From the NCBI GenBank assembly GCA_963719225.1, contig CAVRAY010000001.1, positions 3,776,001 to 3,840,000 on the forward strand: DNA of 64,000 bases. Direction: 5' to 3'. Both the position numbers and the translations under genes were made by a program. The notes beneath the pieces were generated by a model. That model ran no database searches and had not been told where the DNA came from. It saw only the letters and a program-made list of their open reading frames with translations. Shown here piece after piece: positions 60,643 to 64,000 of this stretch. Numbering within the stretch: the stretch's first letter is position 1; each line of letters opens with the position of its first letter. The DNA comes from Thermoanaerobaculia bacterium. Lineage in GTDB: Bacteria > Acidobacteriota > Thermoanaerobaculia > UBA5066.

Positions 60643-62190
60643 ATGCTCGAAGAATTCCGCAACGAACCTTTCACCGATTTCTCGCAGGCCGAGGCCCGTT
60701 CGGCCTTCGAGTCCGCCCTCGCACGCGTCGAGCGACTGAGAGGCGTCGAGGTTCCCCTCGTGGTCGGCGGCCGCCGCCTCAGGACCGGTCACCTCCTCGA
60801 GAACCGAAATCCGGCCGACCGTGTCGACGTCCTTTCGCGCCATCACCTCGCGGACCGGAAGACCGCGGCGAAGGCTCTCGAGGTCGCCGTCAAGTCCCAG
60901 AAGGCGTGGGGCGACGTCGCGCCGCGCGAGCGGGCCTCCGTACTCCTGCGCGCCGCGGCGCGCATGCGCGAGAGAAAGCACGATTTCTCCGCCACGATGG
61001 TGCTCGAGATCGGCAAGTCCTGGCCGGAAGCCGACGTCGAGACCGCGGAAGCGATCGACTTCCTCGAGTTCTACGCCCGCGAGATGCTGCGCTGGGGCGG
61101 CGAGATTCCCGTGACCCCTTATCGCGGCGAGTTTCCCGAGACGCGCTACCTTCCTCTCGGCGCCGGCGCCGTCATCCCTCCCTGGAATTTCCCAAATGCG
61201 ATTCTCACGGGCATGGCGTCCGCGGCCGTGGTCACGGGCAACGCGGTAGTCCTCAAGCCCGCGTCCGACACGCCGCTCATCGGCTGGAAGGTCTTTCAGG
61301 TTCTGGAGGAGGCGGGCGTACCGGACGGCGTCCTGAACTACCTCCCCGGACCGGGAAGCGAGGTCGGCGATCTTCTGGTCGAGGATCCCGCGACGCGTTT
61401 CATCTCGTTCACGGGGTCGAAGGCCGTCGGTCTCGGCATCAACCAGAAAGCGGCCGCGATCGCGAAGCGCCAGCGATGGATCAAACGCGTCGTCCTCGAG
61501 ATGGGCGGCAAGGACTTCATCGTCGTCGACGAAGACGCGGACTTCGAGTTCGCCGTCGCGCAGGTCGTCGCCTCGGCGTTCGGCTTCCAGGGCCAGAAGT
61601 GCTCCGCGTGCTCGCGCGCGATCGTCCACCGCCGGATCTACAGACGCTTCGTCGACGCCGTGATCGCGAAGACGGCGAAGCTCAAGCAGGGGCCGACGCG
61701 CGACCACATGAACTATCTCGGGCCGGTCGCGTCCGAGCGCCAGCTCAAGACGGTCACGGACTACATCAAAGTCGGGAAGCGCGAGGCCCGGCTCGGAACG
61801 GGCGGGACGTGGAACGGGAAGGTCGGCAACTTCGTCGCCCCCACGGTCTTCTACGACGTCAAGCCGTCGGCGCGCATCTTCCGCGAGGAGATTTTCGGTC
61901 CCGTTCTCGCCATCACCGAGGCGAAGGATTTCGAGACGGGGATCGCGCTCGCGAACGCGTCGGAGTACGGCCTCACGGGCTCTTACTTCGGCCGCGACCG
62001 CTTCCGCATCGCGGAGGCCAAGAGGCGCCTTCACTGCGGGAACCTCTACATCAACAGGAAGTGCACGGGCGCCCTCGTCGGCGTTCATCCGTTCGGCGGC
62101 TTCGACATGTCCGGCACGGACAGCAAGGCCGGCGGGCGGGACTACCTCGGGCTTTTCCTGCAGGCGAAGAGCATCTCGGAAAAGCTCTAG
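60643..62190 (+). CDS. pruA: L-glutamate gamma-semialdehyde (P5C) dehydrogenase
   Basis: FRNEP, EAIDFLEFY, PPWNFP, EMGGK, GQKCSACSR and HPFGG motifs. Confidence 0.93.
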   Translation: MLEEFRNEPFTDFSQAEARSAFESALARVERLRGVEVPLVVGGRRLRTGHLLENRNPADRVDVLSRHHLADRKTAAKALEVAVKSQKAWGDVAPRERASVLLRAAARMRERKHDFSATMVLEIGKSWPEADVETAEAIDFLEFYAREMLRWGGEIPVTPYRGEFPETRYLPLGAGAVIPPWNFPNAILTGMASAAVVTGNAVVLKPASDTPLIGWKVFQVLEEAGVPDGVLNYLPGPGSEVGDLLVEDPATRFISFTGSKAVGLGINQKAAAIAKRQRWIKRVVLEMGGKDFIVVDEDADFEFAVAQVVASAFGFQGQKCSACSRAIVHRRIYRRFVDAVIAKTAKLKQGPTRDHMNYLGPVASERQLKTVTDYIKVGKREARLGTGGTWNGKVGNFVAPTVFYDVKPSARIFREEIFGPVLAITEAKDFETGIALANASEYGLTGSYFGRDRFRIAEAKRRLHCGNLYINRKCTGALVGVHPFGGFDMSGTDSKAGGRDYLGLFLQAKSISEKL

Positions 62191-62200
62191 GCCGCCCCCG

Positions 62201-62902
<702 letters not shown>

Positions 62903-62905
62903 GGG

Positions 62906-63811
62906 CTATTTCCCCTTCAGGGTCGCCGGCTCGAACGGCTTCTTCGCGTCCTCGACGTGATCGCCGGCGAAGCGGGCGACCCACACAGCCGGCCCGTTCT
63001 TGTTGTCGATCCACGCGATCCGCGTCCCGTCCGGCGAGATGCGGGCCCACGAGCCCGACGTGCCCGTGATCTCCGTCTTGGGACCGCCCGCACGCGGCAT
63101 CGTGACGATCTTGCCTTTCACGGAGAAGACGAGAATCCCCTTCGGACCCCACCCCGGGAAGATGTTGTGCTCCTCGTCGCGCGTCACGTTCGTGGCTCCC
63201 GTGCCGTCCGCTCCGATGATCCAGATCTGATCCTTGTTGTCGCCCTTCTCGAGGTAATAGAGGACTTCCCTGCCGTCAGCGGACCACGACGGGTTGAACG
63301 GCCTGGCTCCGTCGCTCTTCGTGAGCCGCTTCGCCCCCGACCCGTCCGGCGCGGCGGTCCAGAGTTCCTGCGCCCCGTCGCGCTCGGAGGTGAAGGCGAG
63401 GCGCTTGCCGTCCGGCGACCACGCGGGGGCGCCGTCCTTCGCCGGGTTGCGGCTCACGTTCACCCGATCACCCGTGGCGAGGTCCAGCACGTAGGCCTCC
63501 CAGTCACCGCCCCAGAACTTGCCGTACGCGACCTTCTTCCCGTCTGGCGAGAAGCAGCCGAACGGCGAGCTCGTCTCGACCTTGCGGAGCGCTCCCGTCT
63601 CGAGCTCGACGACGACGAGCCTCCATTTCTCCGGGTCGTAGTCGGACCAGTCGGGCTTTCGCTCGATCGCGGAGACGAGGAGGCGCTTGCCGTCCGAAGA
63701 CCACTCGACCGCCTGAAAGGCGACCGCCGTGTCCTGGGCGGAGGCGGGACCGTGTGCGAGCGAAGCGAGGACGGCGGCCGCCGCGAAAGATGCCCGCGCG
63801 TGTAAACGCAT
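62906..63811 (-). CDS. Secreted TolB-like PD40 beta-propeller protein
   Basis: Repeated WSPDGKRLAF-type motifs; signal peptide. Confidence 0.85.
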   Translation of the reverse strand: MRLHARASFAAAAVLASLAHGPASAQDTAVAFQAVEWSSDGKRLLVSAIERKPDWSDYDPEKWRLVVVELETGALRKVETSSPFGCFSPDGKKVAYGKFWGGDWEAYVLDLATGDRVNVSRNPAKDGAPAWSPDGKRLAFTSERDGAQELWTAAPDGSGAKRLTKSDGARPFNPSWSADGREVLYYLEKGDNKDQIWIIGADGTGATNVTRDEEHNIFPGWGPKGILVFSVKGKIVTMPRAGGPKTEITGTSGSWARISPDGTRIAWIDNKNGPAVWVARFAGDHVEDAKKPFEPATLKGK

Positions 63812-63859
63812 GGGGCGACCTCCTGCCTTCGTCTTACGCAGGAAGTGCGGCAGGGTTCA

Positions 63860-64000
63860 TCAGAGATTCATCCTGCGCAGCAACGCCTGGAAGCGCGGGT
63901 GGTCGCGCAGGCTGGCGAAAAGGAACGAGCCCTTGATGCCAAAGATGGATCCCGACCGCTCCCCGAGTGCGCGCTCCAGACAGTCGAGTGCGGCCTCCTT
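63860..64000 (-). CDS. C-terminal end of a TPR-containing protein, probably a Ser/Thr kinase or regulator (partial)
   Basis: KEAALDCLERALGERS...SLRDHPRFQALLRRMNL*, a tail typical of acidobacterial kinase-TPR proteins. Confidence 0.7.
   Translation of the reverse strand, partial: KEAALDCLERALGERSGSIFGIKGSFLFASLRDHPRFQALLRRMNL

Overview
GC-rich bacterial DNA. Gene content and protein style suggest Acidobacteriota, probably Thermoanaerobaculia-like (inference, no search run). The window is mostly core genome: pgeF, rlmN, msrA, queD/E/C, tatA, htpX, bamD, rpe, truA-uppS-cdsA-dxr-rseP-ispG, clpB-hsp20, cysK, htrA, gltX-glnS, tRNA-Gln(CTG) and pruA. It also holds one complete IS5-type element with CTAG target duplication and an accessory block at about 40.6-51.2 kb (sigma54 activator and promoter, hybrid kinase, phosphoesterase-phospholipase D-lipase module, and a DUF421 cassette bracketed by a 79-bp direct repeat). 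Four signals stand out. (1) A dispersed AT-rich motif, GA(T)TTCTTAGAA(G/T)G, occurs mostly as convergent pairs with purine-rich outer flanks. It lies between genes and inside coding sequence (truA, a radical SAM linker, the queC start), and one copy abuts a gene for a basic AT-hook protein. (2) A tetraether-synthase (Tes/GDGT-MAS)-like radical SAM gene. (3) A collapsed three-piece TonB-dependent receptor remnant. (4) A probable ATT-start Rrf2 regulator, an AT-rich operator-like region before clpB, and many apparently leaderless genes. Product calls come from recognised motifs; start codons are best estimates.
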